Positions 36,984-46,038 of a stretch of 64,000 bases of DNA are shown in pieces. The position numbers were made by a program, and so were the translations under genes. How positions within the stretch are numbered: the first letter of the stretch is position 1; each line of letters opens with the position of its first letter. The DNA lies in assembly GCA_038817835.1 (NCBI GenBank), contig JAWAZI010000002.1, positions 11,831 to 75,830 on the forward strand, read 5' to 3'. This DNA comes from Candidatus Pacearchaeota archaeon (GTDB lineage: Archaea > Nanobdellota > Nanobdellia > Pacearchaeales > JAPDKA01). The notes under the pieces are model-generated. The model worked only from the letters and a program-made list of their open reading frames with translations. It did not search any database and was not told the origin of the DNA.

Positions 36984-38011
36984 CTTTCTTTTAATTTTTT
37001 TAATATTATTTTTTCTTCATCAGCCCCAATAACTAAAACATAAGGTTTTTCATTATTTAAATATTTTTCATTTCTAATATTCTTCATTTTATCAATTTTA
37101 ACTTTTAAAAATTTCATTATTTTTTCCCTAACTGGCCAAGAGTTTTCTCCTATACCACCACTAAAAACAAATGCATCAATATCTTCAAAATTAATCAAAT
37201 AGCTAGAAGCTATTTTTGCTATTGAATAACAAAAAATATTAAAAGCAAAATTATATTTTTTATTTTTATTTCTAAGCATTATTATTTTCTCAAATTTTTT
37301 TGTATTAGCTAAAGCTAGAATGCCGGAATTATTTAAAATTTTCTCAGTATTTTTTATTCCAATTTTTTTTATTAAAAATAAAACAATACCAGGATCGATT
37401 GAACCAGATCTATTTATCATTATACTTCCTTCAAAAGGGGTAAATCCCATACTTGTTTCAATTGGCTTAAAATTTTTTATGGCAGTAATGCTACATCCTG
37501 CTCCTAAATGAAAAATTATTGCATTTTTCAAGTTTTCTTTTTTTAACTCTTCTATAATATTTTCAACATTAAGTCCATGAAAACCATATCTATAAATTTT
37601 ATATTTTTTTATAATTTTAGTTGGCAATGCATAAATTTTACTAATTAATGGTAAATCAAGAAAAATATCACTATCAAAAGCAATAAATTGTTTCAATTTT
37701 GGAAATTCCTTTTTTATTATTTTTATAACTTTTAATTGAAAAGGATTATGTAAAGGTGCTAATGGAATTGCATTAGCAATATTGTTTAATATTTTTTTAT
37801 TTAAAAAATTACTTTTACTTCCATAACCATGAACTACTCTATGAGCAACAACATCTATTTTTTTAAATTCTTTTTCAGCTTTTTTAAATATATTTAAAAT
37901 TAAATTTTTATTTGGTTTTGCATAAATTATTTCTTTATTTATTATCTCAAAATCTTTAAAGAATGAATATTTTATTGTTTCACTTCCTACATTAAAAATA
38001 ATACCTTTCAT
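36968..38011 (-). CDS. ackA: acetate/propionate kinase family protein (compact AckA)
   Basis: 347 aa. Signature blocks appear in order: FNVGSETIKY, HRVVHGYG, PLAPLHNP, YRYGFHGLN, FHLGAGCSITA, ETSMGFTPFEG, SGSIDPG, FSGGIGENS. Confidence 0.75.
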   Translation of the reverse strand: MKGIIFNVGSETIKYSFFKDFEIINKEIIYAKPNKNLILNIFKKAEKEFKKIDVVAHRVVHGYGSKSNFLNKKILNNIANAIPLAPLHNPFQLKVIKIIKKEFPKLKQFIAFDSDIFLDLPLISKIYALPTKIIKKYKIYRYGFHGLNVENIIEELKKENLKNAIIFHLGAGCSITAIKNFKPIETSMGFTPFEGSIMINRSGSIDPGIVLFLIKKIGIKNTEKILNNSGILALANTKKFEKIIMLRNKNKKYNFAFNIFCYSIAKIASSYLINFEDIDAFVFSGGIGENSWPVREKIMKFLKVKIDKMKNIRNEKYLNNEKPYVLVIGADEEKIILKKLKERWKQN

Positions 38012-38013
38012 AA

Positions 38014-38406
38014 TTAAATCAAACCTAATTCTTCCATCTTTTTAAAAATATAAATTTTTTCACATATATTTAAATTATATTTTTTTAATTCTTCATAAAT
38101 ATCTTCTGAAATATATGAAGAACAAAATAAAATATTAGTGTATTTATTTTTTTCACTTTTTCTTATGATATCAACAAGTTTTAAACCTGAATTCTTATAA
38201 CCATCATTCAAATTATTATCTGTAATAATATAATAAAATTTTATATTATTTATTATTTCTTTTGCTTCTTCGAAATTATCAGATTCTATTATTTCATATT
38301 TATCTTTAAGCATATTTTTAAGCAAAAATCTAAAAGTTTTGTCGTCATCTATAATCAATATTTTCTCTAAAGGTTTTATACTATCATCAATAATTATTTT
38401 TTTCAT
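38014..38406 (-). CDS. stand-alone response-regulator receiver domain (CheY-like)
   Basis: 130 aa. Has the acidic pocket ILIIDDD and a putative phospho-acceptor Asp in YIITDNNL. No output domain. Confidence 0.7.
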   Translation of the reverse strand: MKKIIIDDSIKPLEKILIIDDDKTFRFLLKNMLKDKYEIIESDNFEEAKEIINNIKFYYIITDNNLNDGYKNSGLKLVDIIRKSEKNKYTNILFCSSYISEDIYEELKKYNLNICEKIYIFKKMEELGLI

Positions 38407-38464
38407 AAAAAATTAAAAAATTTATATATAAAAACTTTTTTAAACCTAAATTTTTTAATTTTTT

Positions 38465-38809
38465 ATGTCAAAAAGTAAGAAAGAAACTAAAACAGAGTTA
38501 AATATAGATGAAAATTTAGAAGCTTTACTATGCTATGTCCTTGGATGGATAACAGGAATTGTTTTTTTAGTATTAGAGAAAAAAAGTAAATTTGTTAAAT
38601 TTCATGCAATTCAAAGTATTATAGTATTCGGATTTTTAACTTTGATTTTTATAATTTTTTCTTCAATTCCATTCATTGGTTGGTTTATATTTGCACCATT
38701 AATTTCTGTATTTTCAATAATAATATGGATAATATCAATGATAAAAGCATATAATTATGAGTGGTTTAAATGGTCTATAGCCGGAGATATTGCTGAAAAA
38801 AATATTTAA
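38465..38809 (+). CDS. DUF4870-like small membrane protein
   Basis: 114 aa. Contains LCYVLGWITGIVFLVLEKKSKFVKFHAIQSI plus 3 TM segments. Confidence 0.6.
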   Translation: MSKSKKETKTELNIDENLEALLCYVLGWITGIVFLVLEKKSKFVKFHAIQSIIVFGFLTLIFIIFSSIPFIGWFIFAPLISVFSIIIWIISMIKAYNYEWFKWSIAGDIAEKNI

Positions 38810-39369
38810 TTTTTTAAAAAATTTTCTAAAATTTTTATACTTTCCTCTATTTTATTTTCATTGATTTTAAAATTAAGAAAAGTTTCTATCTCTTTAATTA
38901 CTTCGGTTTTTTTATTTTCAAAATTATAAAAAATATCTTTCTGAAATCCAAGCCCATACTTTAAAATTATAAAATCAAATTCAGAATTTATAATATTACT
39001 AATAACTGATGAAAAAAAATTATCAAGTTTATTTTTATAAAAATTATAAACTATTTCTATATCTTCTATTTTTATTTTATCTTCAACAACAAATAAAGTG
39101 GAAGGTTTTATCTCTTTTATTTTATATCTATCTTTTCTCAAAGCAAAAACAAATGGAAAAATTGTAAAATTTGTATTATATTTCAAATATTCTCTAATTT
39201 TTCTCTCTAAACTACTAGCCATAGGAATAGAATATAAATATGTGATAAATTTATCGTCTCTAATTAATTCATAATAAATAATTTCTTTGCCCTCGATAAA
39301 ATTTTCTATTATTTTTTTCTCAAAATCTGCTTGAACAGAAATTCCAAATAAATGTTTTTGTTCATACAT
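38806..39369 (-). CDS. hypothetical protein (187 aa)
   Basis: ORF only. Convergent 4-nt overlap with the previous gene. Confidence 0.45.
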   Translation of the reverse strand: MYEQKHLFGISVQADFEKKIIENFIEGKEIIYYELIRDDKFITYLYSIPMASSLERKIREYLKYNTNFTIFPFVFALRKDRYKIKEIKPSTLFVVEDKIKIEDIEIVYNFYKNKLDNFFSSVISNIINSEFDFIILKYGLGFQKDIFYNFENKKTEVIKEIETFLNFKINENKIEESIKILENFLKN

Positions 39370-39463
39370 AAATCAAATTGAAAATAAATTTTATATTTTT
39401 TTGTTATAACTTTTAATAGATTAATTTGAAAAAAATTTTAAAAAAATAAAAAAATAAAGATAA

Positions 39464-41707
39464 ATGGAAAAACTGATAGTTTGGCTATCTGAAATAAATA
39501 AAGATGATGTAGCAATTGCTGGAGGTAAAGGAGCTAATTTAGCTGAGATGTATAATGCAGGATTTCCTGTTCCCCCAGCATTTATTGTAACTGCTCAAGC
39601 TTATAAAAAATTTTTATCAATAAATAAAATTGATGAAGAAATTAAAAAAATACTTAGCGACTTTGATTATGAAAATACTAAAGAACTAGAAGAAAGAACA
39701 AAAAAAATAAGAGAACTAATAATCAATGCGGATATGCCTGAAGAAATAAGTTCTGCTATTATAGAAGCTTATGAAATAATTAGTGCTAGTGAAATTAATT
39801 TACTTATTTCTGAACCTTGTTTTGTTGCAGTTAGAAGTTCTGCAACTGCTGAGGATTTACTTACTGCAAGTTTTGCTGGCCAACAAGAAACTTATTTAAA
39901 TGTAAAAGGAAATACCGCTTTAATTGAATCTATAAAAAAATGTTGGGCATCATTATTCACTGCAAGAGCAACTTATTATAGATATAAAAAAGGTTTCTCA
40001 CATGAAAAAACATTAATAGCAGTAATAGTTCAAAAGATGGTAAATGCAGAAAAAAGTGGAGTTATGTTTACTATTGAGCCAGTAAATAATGATAAAGATA
40101 AAATTGTTATAGAAGCTGTATATGGATTAGGTGAAGGAATAGTTTCTGGAAGTATAGAACCAGATTATTATTTAATAGATAAAAAAACTTTGAAATTAAT
40201 AAATAAAAAAATTGGAATAAAAAAAATCGAATTTACAAGAGATTCTGCTGGAAAAAATATAAAAAAAGAATTAGAAAAAGAAAAACAATTAAGCCAAGTT
40301 CTTGATGATTGGGAAATTAAAAAATTAGCTGAATATGGAATAAAATTGGAAGAGCACTATAAATGGCCACAAGACATTGAATGGGCAATCGAAGGTGGAC
40401 AAATTTATATTGTCCAAACTCGTGCTGTAACAACAATAAAAGAAAAAATTTCTGAGGAAAAATTCGAAGAAAAACCAATAATTAAAGGGTTTGGTGCTAG
40501 TCCTGGAATTGGTGTTGGAAAAGTAAAAATAATAAAAAGTTTAGATGAGTTAAAAAAGATAGAAAAAGGTGATGTACTAGTTACAAAGATGACAAATCCT
40601 GATATGGTACCTGTAATGTTAAAATCTTCTGCAATAATTACTGATGAAGGTGGATTAACTTGTCATGCTGCAATTGTTAGCAGAGAACTTGGTATTCCTT
40701 GTGTTGTTGGAACAAGAAATGCAACTTCAGTTTTAATTGATAATATGATAGTTACTGTAGATGGAAGTAGTGGTAATGTTTATGAAGGAGATCTAAGAGA
40801 GAAAATAAAGGAAGAAACAAAAGAATATAAAAAAATAGAAACTAAAGTTAAAATAAAAGTTAATTGTGATCTTCCGATTGTAGCAGAGAAAGCAGCAAAA
40901 TTCCAGCCGGATGGAATTGGATTAGTTAGGATTGAATTTATGATAGTTAATAAAGGCAAACATCCTGCGGAATATATAAGAGAAGGAAAATCGAATGAAT
41001 ATACCAAACTATTAGTAGAAAATCTAGAAGAAATTGCAAAATATTTTAAAAATAAACCAATATGGGTAAGAACATCTGATTTAAGAACAGATGAATACAG
41101 AAATTTGATAGGTGGAGAAAAAGAACCAATAGAAGCAAATCCTATGCTAGGATGGCATGGAATAAGGAGAAGCTTAGACGAGCCAGATATACTAAAAGCA
41201 GAATTTAAAGCAATAAAAATTCTTCATGAAAAAGGATATAAAAATATTGGCATTATGCTACCGTTTGTAATTAGTGTTGATGAAATAAAAAAAGCAAAAG
41301 AAATTATGAGAGAAATTGGACTTGAACCAATTAAAGATATAGATTTTGGTGTTATGATAGAAACTCCTGCAGCTTGTTGGATTATAGAAGATATATGTAA
41401 AGAAGGAATAAACTTCATAAGCTTTGGTACAAATGATTTAACTCAATTAACTTTAGGTATTGACAGAAACAATGAAATAATTGCAAAAATTTTTGATGAA
41501 ACTAATCCCGCTATGTTAAAAGAAATAGAACATGTTATAGAGATATGTAAAAAATATAAAGTTGAAACTAGTATATGTGGACAAGCAGCAAGCAATGAGA
41601 AGATGGTTGAATTTTTAATTAAAAAGGGTATAGATAGTTTATCAGTAAATATAGACGCAATAGAAAGAATTAGAGAATTTGTAAGTAAGATAGAAAATCA
41701 AATATAA
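39464..41707 (+). CDS. ppsA: phosphoenolpyruvate synthase (pyruvate, water dikinase)
   Basis: 747 aa. Contains GGKGANLAEM, the phosphohistidine swivel GGLTCHAAIVSRELGIPCVVG, and a C-terminal PEP-utilising TIM domain (SFGTNDLTQ). Confidence 0.92.
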   Translation: MEKLIVWLSEINKDDVAIAGGKGANLAEMYNAGFPVPPAFIVTAQAYKKFLSINKIDEEIKKILSDFDYENTKELEERTKKIRELIINADMPEEISSAIIEAYEIISASEINLLISEPCFVAVRSSATAEDLLTASFAGQQETYLNVKGNTALIESIKKCWASLFTARATYYRYKKGFSHEKTLIAVIVQKMVNAEKSGVMFTIEPVNNDKDKIVIEAVYGLGEGIVSGSIEPDYYLIDKKTLKLINKKIGIKKIEFTRDSAGKNIKKELEKEKQLSQVLDDWEIKKLAEYGIKLEEHYKWPQDIEWAIEGGQIYIVQTRAVTTIKEKISEEKFEEKPIIKGFGASPGIGVGKVKIIKSLDELKKIEKGDVLVTKMTNPDMVPVMLKSSAIITDEGGLTCHAAIVSRELGIPCVVGTRNATSVLIDNMIVTVDGSSGNVYEGDLREKIKEETKEYKKIETKVKIKVNCDLPIVAEKAAKFQPDGIGLVRIEFMIVNKGKHPAEYIREGKSNEYTKLLVENLEEIAKYFKNKPIWVRTSDLRTDEYRNLIGGEKEPIEANPMLGWHGIRRSLDEPDILKAEFKAIKILHEKGYKNIGIMLPFVISVDEIKKAKEIMREIGLEPIKDIDFGVMIETPAACWIIEDICKEGINFISFGTNDLTQLTLGIDRNNEIIAKIFDETNPAMLKEIEHVIEICKKYKVETSICGQAASNEKMVEFLIKKGIDSLSVNIDAIERIREFVSKIENQI

Positions 41708-41743
41708 AAGAAAAATTTTAAAATTAATAATCGTTAATAAAAA

Positions 41744-42307
41744 ATGGGTGAAGAAGAAATATATCAAAAATTGGATAGAGCAAAAAAAATTTTCAAAATA
41801 AATAGAGAAATGAGTTTAGAAGAGGATTGGGAAAATCCATTATATAGACAATTCTTTGGTCAAGAATTTAAAGGAGATCCAACTGCATATTCAAGTTTAG
41901 CTAGTGATGTTTTTAGAGCAGAAATAGATAGAAATATAATAAGCATTGCTCATGAAGCAAATTCTTTACTTTATAATAATTTTTATAAAATATTAAAAGA
42001 AAAAAGTGAAGAAGAAATTGCAGATATTATGGAAAATATTCCTTTAACTATTGATATAGAAAAATTAGAAGATAAAAAATTAAAAGAAATAGCTATGCTG
42101 CATAGTTATGTAAATACTTTGAAATCATTAAGTATGGAAGATTATAAAAAAATAACTTTAGGAAAAGCTAAAAAAGAAGGAGATATAGGATTAGCTTATG
42201 TATTAGCAGGATCAACAGAACATCTTTTAGAAATTCAAAAAGAACAAGACTATATCTATCACAAAAATATATTAATAGGAAAACTTAAAGAACTAAAGAA
42301 AAAATAA
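41744..42307 (+). CDS. hypothetical protein (187 aa)
   Basis: ORF only. Confidence 0.45.
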   Translation: MGEEEIYQKLDRAKKIFKINREMSLEEDWENPLYRQFFGQEFKGDPTAYSSLASDVFRAEIDRNIISIAHEANSLLYNNFYKILKEKSEEEIADIMENIPLTIDIEKLEDKKLKEIAMLHSYVNTLKSLSMEDYKKITLGKAKKEGDIGLAYVLAGSTEHLLEIQKEQDYIYHKNILIGKLKELKKK

Positions 42308-42313
42308 TAGTTT

Positions 42314-43123
42314 TTATTTTAAAATTTTATTAATTACTTTAGCCATCTCCCCGACAAAACTTTCAGATCTTTTTCTCCATTCATCTATTTCTTTTCCACT
42401 TATATCTCTTATTTCTCCATGTAAAATTTTATGAACTAAAATATAAATATCTCTATACCATAAAGCAAATTTCATATCAAGCAAACCTTTATCAACAAAC
42501 AATTCTTTTAACATTTGAGGTATATATTCTGGAGATGGAGGAATATGATTAGTTGCAATTATAGCTGATTGAGCGGCATCTGTCATAGCCCAGTATAATG
42601 CATCTATACAACTAAATAAACTTACTTTACTTCTAGCTAAATGTCTAGGAGCCCTTATTAAAGATGTATAAATTGCTTCTGGTGTTGGTTTTATTTTTCC
42701 TTCTGCAAGTAAAAATTTTAATGGTAAAAAAAATCCACCAAAATCAACTAAAGGTTCACCATAACGAATAACATTTAATACAACAGGTTCTCCTCTTAAT
42801 AATTCTTCCCACCAAGTCGTTAATTTTACTGTATTAACATGAAGTGATCTTATATATGGATTAAGTTCTATAAGCTTACCTAGTTCTTCTCTATACCAAC
42901 TTATTAGCTCATCATCCCATTTAATACTTGCATCATCAACAATAATTATTATATCTATATCACTTCCTTCTGTTAATTTTCCTTTTGCAGCTGAACCAAA
43001 TAAAATTATGCTTTTAATTAATTTGTTAAATCTTTCATAAACTTTCATAGCAAAATCAAAAGCTATTTCTCTTTCATCTTTTAATTGTAATGTTGGAAAT
43101 TCTTTCTCTTTTTTTTCTTTCAT
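42314..43123 (-). CDS. Pol-beta-type nucleotidyltransferase domain protein with C-terminal helical (HEPN/KNTase-C-like) domain
   Basis: 269 aa. Has the minimal NTase motif LFGSAAKG....GSDIDIIIIVDD, followed by a helical C-half. Confidence 0.6.
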   Translation of the reverse strand: MKEKKEKEFPTLQLKDEREIAFDFAMKVYERFNKLIKSIILFGSAAKGKLTEGSDIDIIIIVDDASIKWDDELISWYREELGKLIELNPYIRSLHVNTVKLTTWWEELLRGEPVVLNVIRYGEPLVDFGGFFLPLKFLLAEGKIKPTPEAIYTSLIRAPRHLARSKVSLFSCIDALYWAMTDAAQSAIIATNHIPPSPEYIPQMLKELFVDKGLLDMKFALWYRDIYILVHKILHGEIRDISGKEIDEWRKRSESFVGEMAKVINKILK

Positions 43124-43151
43124 TTTAATTTAAATTTTTTAAATTTAAAAA

Positions 43152-44990
43152 TTATTCCATTGGTACTTGTGAAAATCCACCTTTTGTTTTTCCACCAAAT
43201 TCTACAGGCAAGCCAGCAAAACTTGCTCCATATATTTCAAAATGTTTTTCTGGGAATATTGGTCCATACCCAGCAAAATAACTTGGAAAATTCCAGAGCA
43301 ATTGATTCCAATATGGAGCCAATCCATAAGTATAAAGTGGTGTTCCCAAAGCAGCAAAAGCATAAGGATATGGACTAACTCCAAAAGATATAGCTAAAAC
43401 AGGAATTTCAAGAATTCCTTTTACTCCTTTCTTTGTTAATTCTTCGATTTCTTTAAAAATTTCAGGTTCTATGGTTCCCATACCAGGAGGTAAGTGGCTA
43501 TCTGAGAATCCAAAATTATCAGTAATATGAATATTCTTAATGTAAGGTTTTATTTTTTCAAATTCTAATTTAATTTCCTCTGGTTTTTTGCCATATTTCT
43601 TTAATAAATTTATATGCCCTATATCCCAAGTAGCTCCTATAATTTTTTCTGCCATCTCTCTTGCTTTTTTTTCATTAACTCCTTGATTTTTTAATTTTTC
43701 TATAAATTTTTCTCTAGATTTTTCTATTAAAAATCTCAAACTTTCTGCTCTAGAAAAAGCCATACCAGGAAAAACATTTTCCATACTTAATATAGGGGCC
43801 TTATCTCCAAATTTTTTATATGTTTCTAAAGCAAGATTACTAATTGTTTCTGCAGATTTTTCTATTGCAACATTTTCAATAAAATCATAAATTTTTGGTT
43901 GAATTTTTGATAAATTTTCATTTATTTTAACTAATAAAGAAGCTGCAGCAGTAATATCCTTTTTTTTAATTTCTTCAATTTTATTAAAATTATACATTGT
44001 ATCTTGCAATATTTTTCTTTCCTCTTCACTCAATTTAGCTTTATTAGCAACTTCTATTATATTTTTTGTATTTTCTTTAATATTATTAAAAAAAATTTCA
44101 ATCATTTTTTGTTTACTTTCCATTTTCTCTTTTTCAAATAATAGAAGTTTTATTCTATCATTTTTTTTAATAAGATCAGATTTAATTTCTTCTGGCAATT
44201 TTTCCCATTCTTTTATTTCCCCAGTTTCTCTATATGCCCAACTATCGAGTTCCAAATTTATTTTATTTAAATAATCTTTAGGAAAAGAGATAGTATCATG
44301 AAGTAAATCTCTTGTATGAAATATAATTTTTTCCATAGTTTCTTTCCAACTTTTCTCGTTTAATTTTTGTAGCGTATAAGTTGGAAGTTGTTCTTTTTGT
44401 ATTTGATTAATTTCTTCTTTAGTCAATAAATCTTTAACTCTAACTCCTGTAAAAGAATCTGTAGTCAAATTTGCTACATTAATAATCATATCTTCCCCTT
44501 CGTTCAAATAGTTAGATGGTAATATTGAAGTAGGATGAATTGTTATTGGTTGATTTGGACCTATAGCTTTATATATTTTCTCAATAGCTTCTTTTAGAGA
44601 GTTTTCCGTTATTTTTCTTTCTCTTTCACTAAATTTGTCTCCTTCAACTCCTGCAAGCTCAATACTTCCCCCACCACTTTCACTAACAAAAAGAGGAATG
44701 TGCCAACTAATTTCTGCTCCACAAAGTTTTGCAAGCCTATTAATTTCTTCAAAATGTTGTTTTGGTATTTTTTCAAAAGTTTCTAATGACAAAGTTCCAG
44801 CTTCTACAGCTTTCATACCAGTATTGAGTCTACTAAAAACTTCCATGATCTGATTTGCTGTTGTAACATTGGTTGTCGCACCAAGTTTGCTTAAAGGTAT
44901 ATGATACCCTATATAAACATCTGAAGGACTTATTTCAGGGATATATTCGCTAGGATTAATTAAACCTGGGTAAAAATTTTCAATATTCAT
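43152..44990 (-). CDS. xylose-isomerase/Endo IV-like TIM-barrel protein with large helical insertion
   Basis: 612 aa. Contains AEISWHIP, ITIHPT, WDIGHINL and NIHITDNFGFSDSHLPPGMGTIE, the last resembling the AP_endonuc_2 metal-binding block. About 230 K/E-rich residues lie between the halves. The tail is rich in aromatic residues and Gly. Confidence 0.5.
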   Translation of the reverse strand: MNIENFYPGLINPSEYIPEISPSDVYIGYHIPLSKLGATTNVTTANQIMEVFSRLNTGMKAVEAGTLSLETFEKIPKQHFEEINRLAKLCGAEISWHIPLFVSESGGGSIELAGVEGDKFSERERKITENSLKEAIEKIYKAIGPNQPITIHPTSILPSNYLNEGEDMIINVANLTTDSFTGVRVKDLLTKEEINQIQKEQLPTYTLQKLNEKSWKETMEKIIFHTRDLLHDTISFPKDYLNKINLELDSWAYRETGEIKEWEKLPEEIKSDLIKKNDRIKLLLFEKEKMESKQKMIEIFFNNIKENTKNIIEVANKAKLSEEERKILQDTMYNFNKIEEIKKKDITAAASLLVKINENLSKIQPKIYDFIENVAIEKSAETISNLALETYKKFGDKAPILSMENVFPGMAFSRAESLRFLIEKSREKFIEKLKNQGVNEKKAREMAEKIIGATWDIGHINLLKKYGKKPEEIKLEFEKIKPYIKNIHITDNFGFSDSHLPPGMGTIEPEIFKEIEELTKKGVKGILEIPVLAISFGVSPYPYAFAALGTPLYTYGLAPYWNQLLWNFPSYFAGYGPIFPEKHFEIYGASFAGLPVEFGGKTKGGFSQVPME

Positions 44991-45048
44991 AAAAAGAAAA
45001 ATTATAAAACTTTAAAAATATTTTTAAAATTTTTATTGTAATTATTTA

Positions 45049-46038
45049 ATGAAATCTGTAATTGAAAAAAGGTATGAACTTATAACAAGAAATTTAATAG
45101 AAATAATAGAACCAAATGAATTAATAAATTTACTTGAAAAAAATAAAAGGCTAGTAGTTTATCATGGCTATGAGCCATCGAGTAAGGCAATTCATATAGG
45201 ATATTTAATTGGTTTACAAAAACATCTTGATTTTATTGATGCAGGTTTAAAATCGATAATACTTCTTGCAGATTTACATGCTTGGCTCAATGAGAAAGGT
45301 TCTTTGGAAGAAATTAGAGAAATGGCTGAAGCTTATAAAAATAATTTTATTGCTTTTGGTTTACCTAAAAATAAAGTAAAATTTGTTTTAGGAAGTAGTT
45401 TTCAACTTAAAAAGGATTATTGGATAGATGTAATGAAACTTGCTCTTCGTATCAGGCTACAAAGGGCAAAAAGAAGTATGACTATAATTGGAAGATCAGA
45501 AGCAGATCCGCATGTTGCACAATTCATTTATCCTCTAATGCAAGTAACTGATATAAAACATTTAAAAGTTGATATTGCTTTTGGAGATCTTGCACAAAGA
45601 AAAGTGCACATGATAGCAAGAGAAGAACTTGAAGCTATAGGCTATAAAAAACCCATTTGTTTACATCATATTGATATGCAAAGTTTAAAAGCAAATACTA
45701 AAATGTCTAGTAGTAAGCCGGAAACTACAATATTTATTACAGACACTCCTGAAGTAATAGAGAAAAAAATAATTAATGCTTACTGCGAGCCATACAAAGT
45801 TGAAAATAATCCTATTTTACAAATAGTTGAATTTATAATATTTGGTAGAATAGGAGTCAAAGAATTTAAAGTTGAGAGAGAAGCAAAATTTGGTGGAGAT
45901 ATAGTTTATAAAAACTATCATGAAATAAAAAAAGATTATGAAAAAGGATTACTTCATCCTTTAGATTTAAAGAAAAATGTTGCAAGAGAAATTATAAAAA
46001 TTATAACTAAAATACAAAAAAGATTAAAGAAATTTTAA
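45049..46038 (+). CDS. tyrS: tyrosyl-tRNA synthetase (archaeal type)
   Basis: 329 aa. Contains YHGYEPSSKAIHIGY (HIGH) and KMSSSKP (KMSKS). Confidence 0.9.
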   Translation: MKSVIEKRYELITRNLIEIIEPNELINLLEKNKRLVVYHGYEPSSKAIHIGYLIGLQKHLDFIDAGLKSIILLADLHAWLNEKGSLEEIREMAEAYKNNFIAFGLPKNKVKFVLGSSFQLKKDYWIDVMKLALRIRLQRAKRSMTIIGRSEADPHVAQFIYPLMQVTDIKHLKVDIAFGDLAQRKVHMIAREELEAIGYKKPICLHHIDMQSLKANTKMSSSKPETTIFITDTPEVIEKKIINAYCEPYKVENNPILQIVEFIIFGRIGVKEFKVEREAKFGGDIVYKNYHEIKKDYEKGLLHPLDLKKNVAREIIKIITKIQKRLKKF

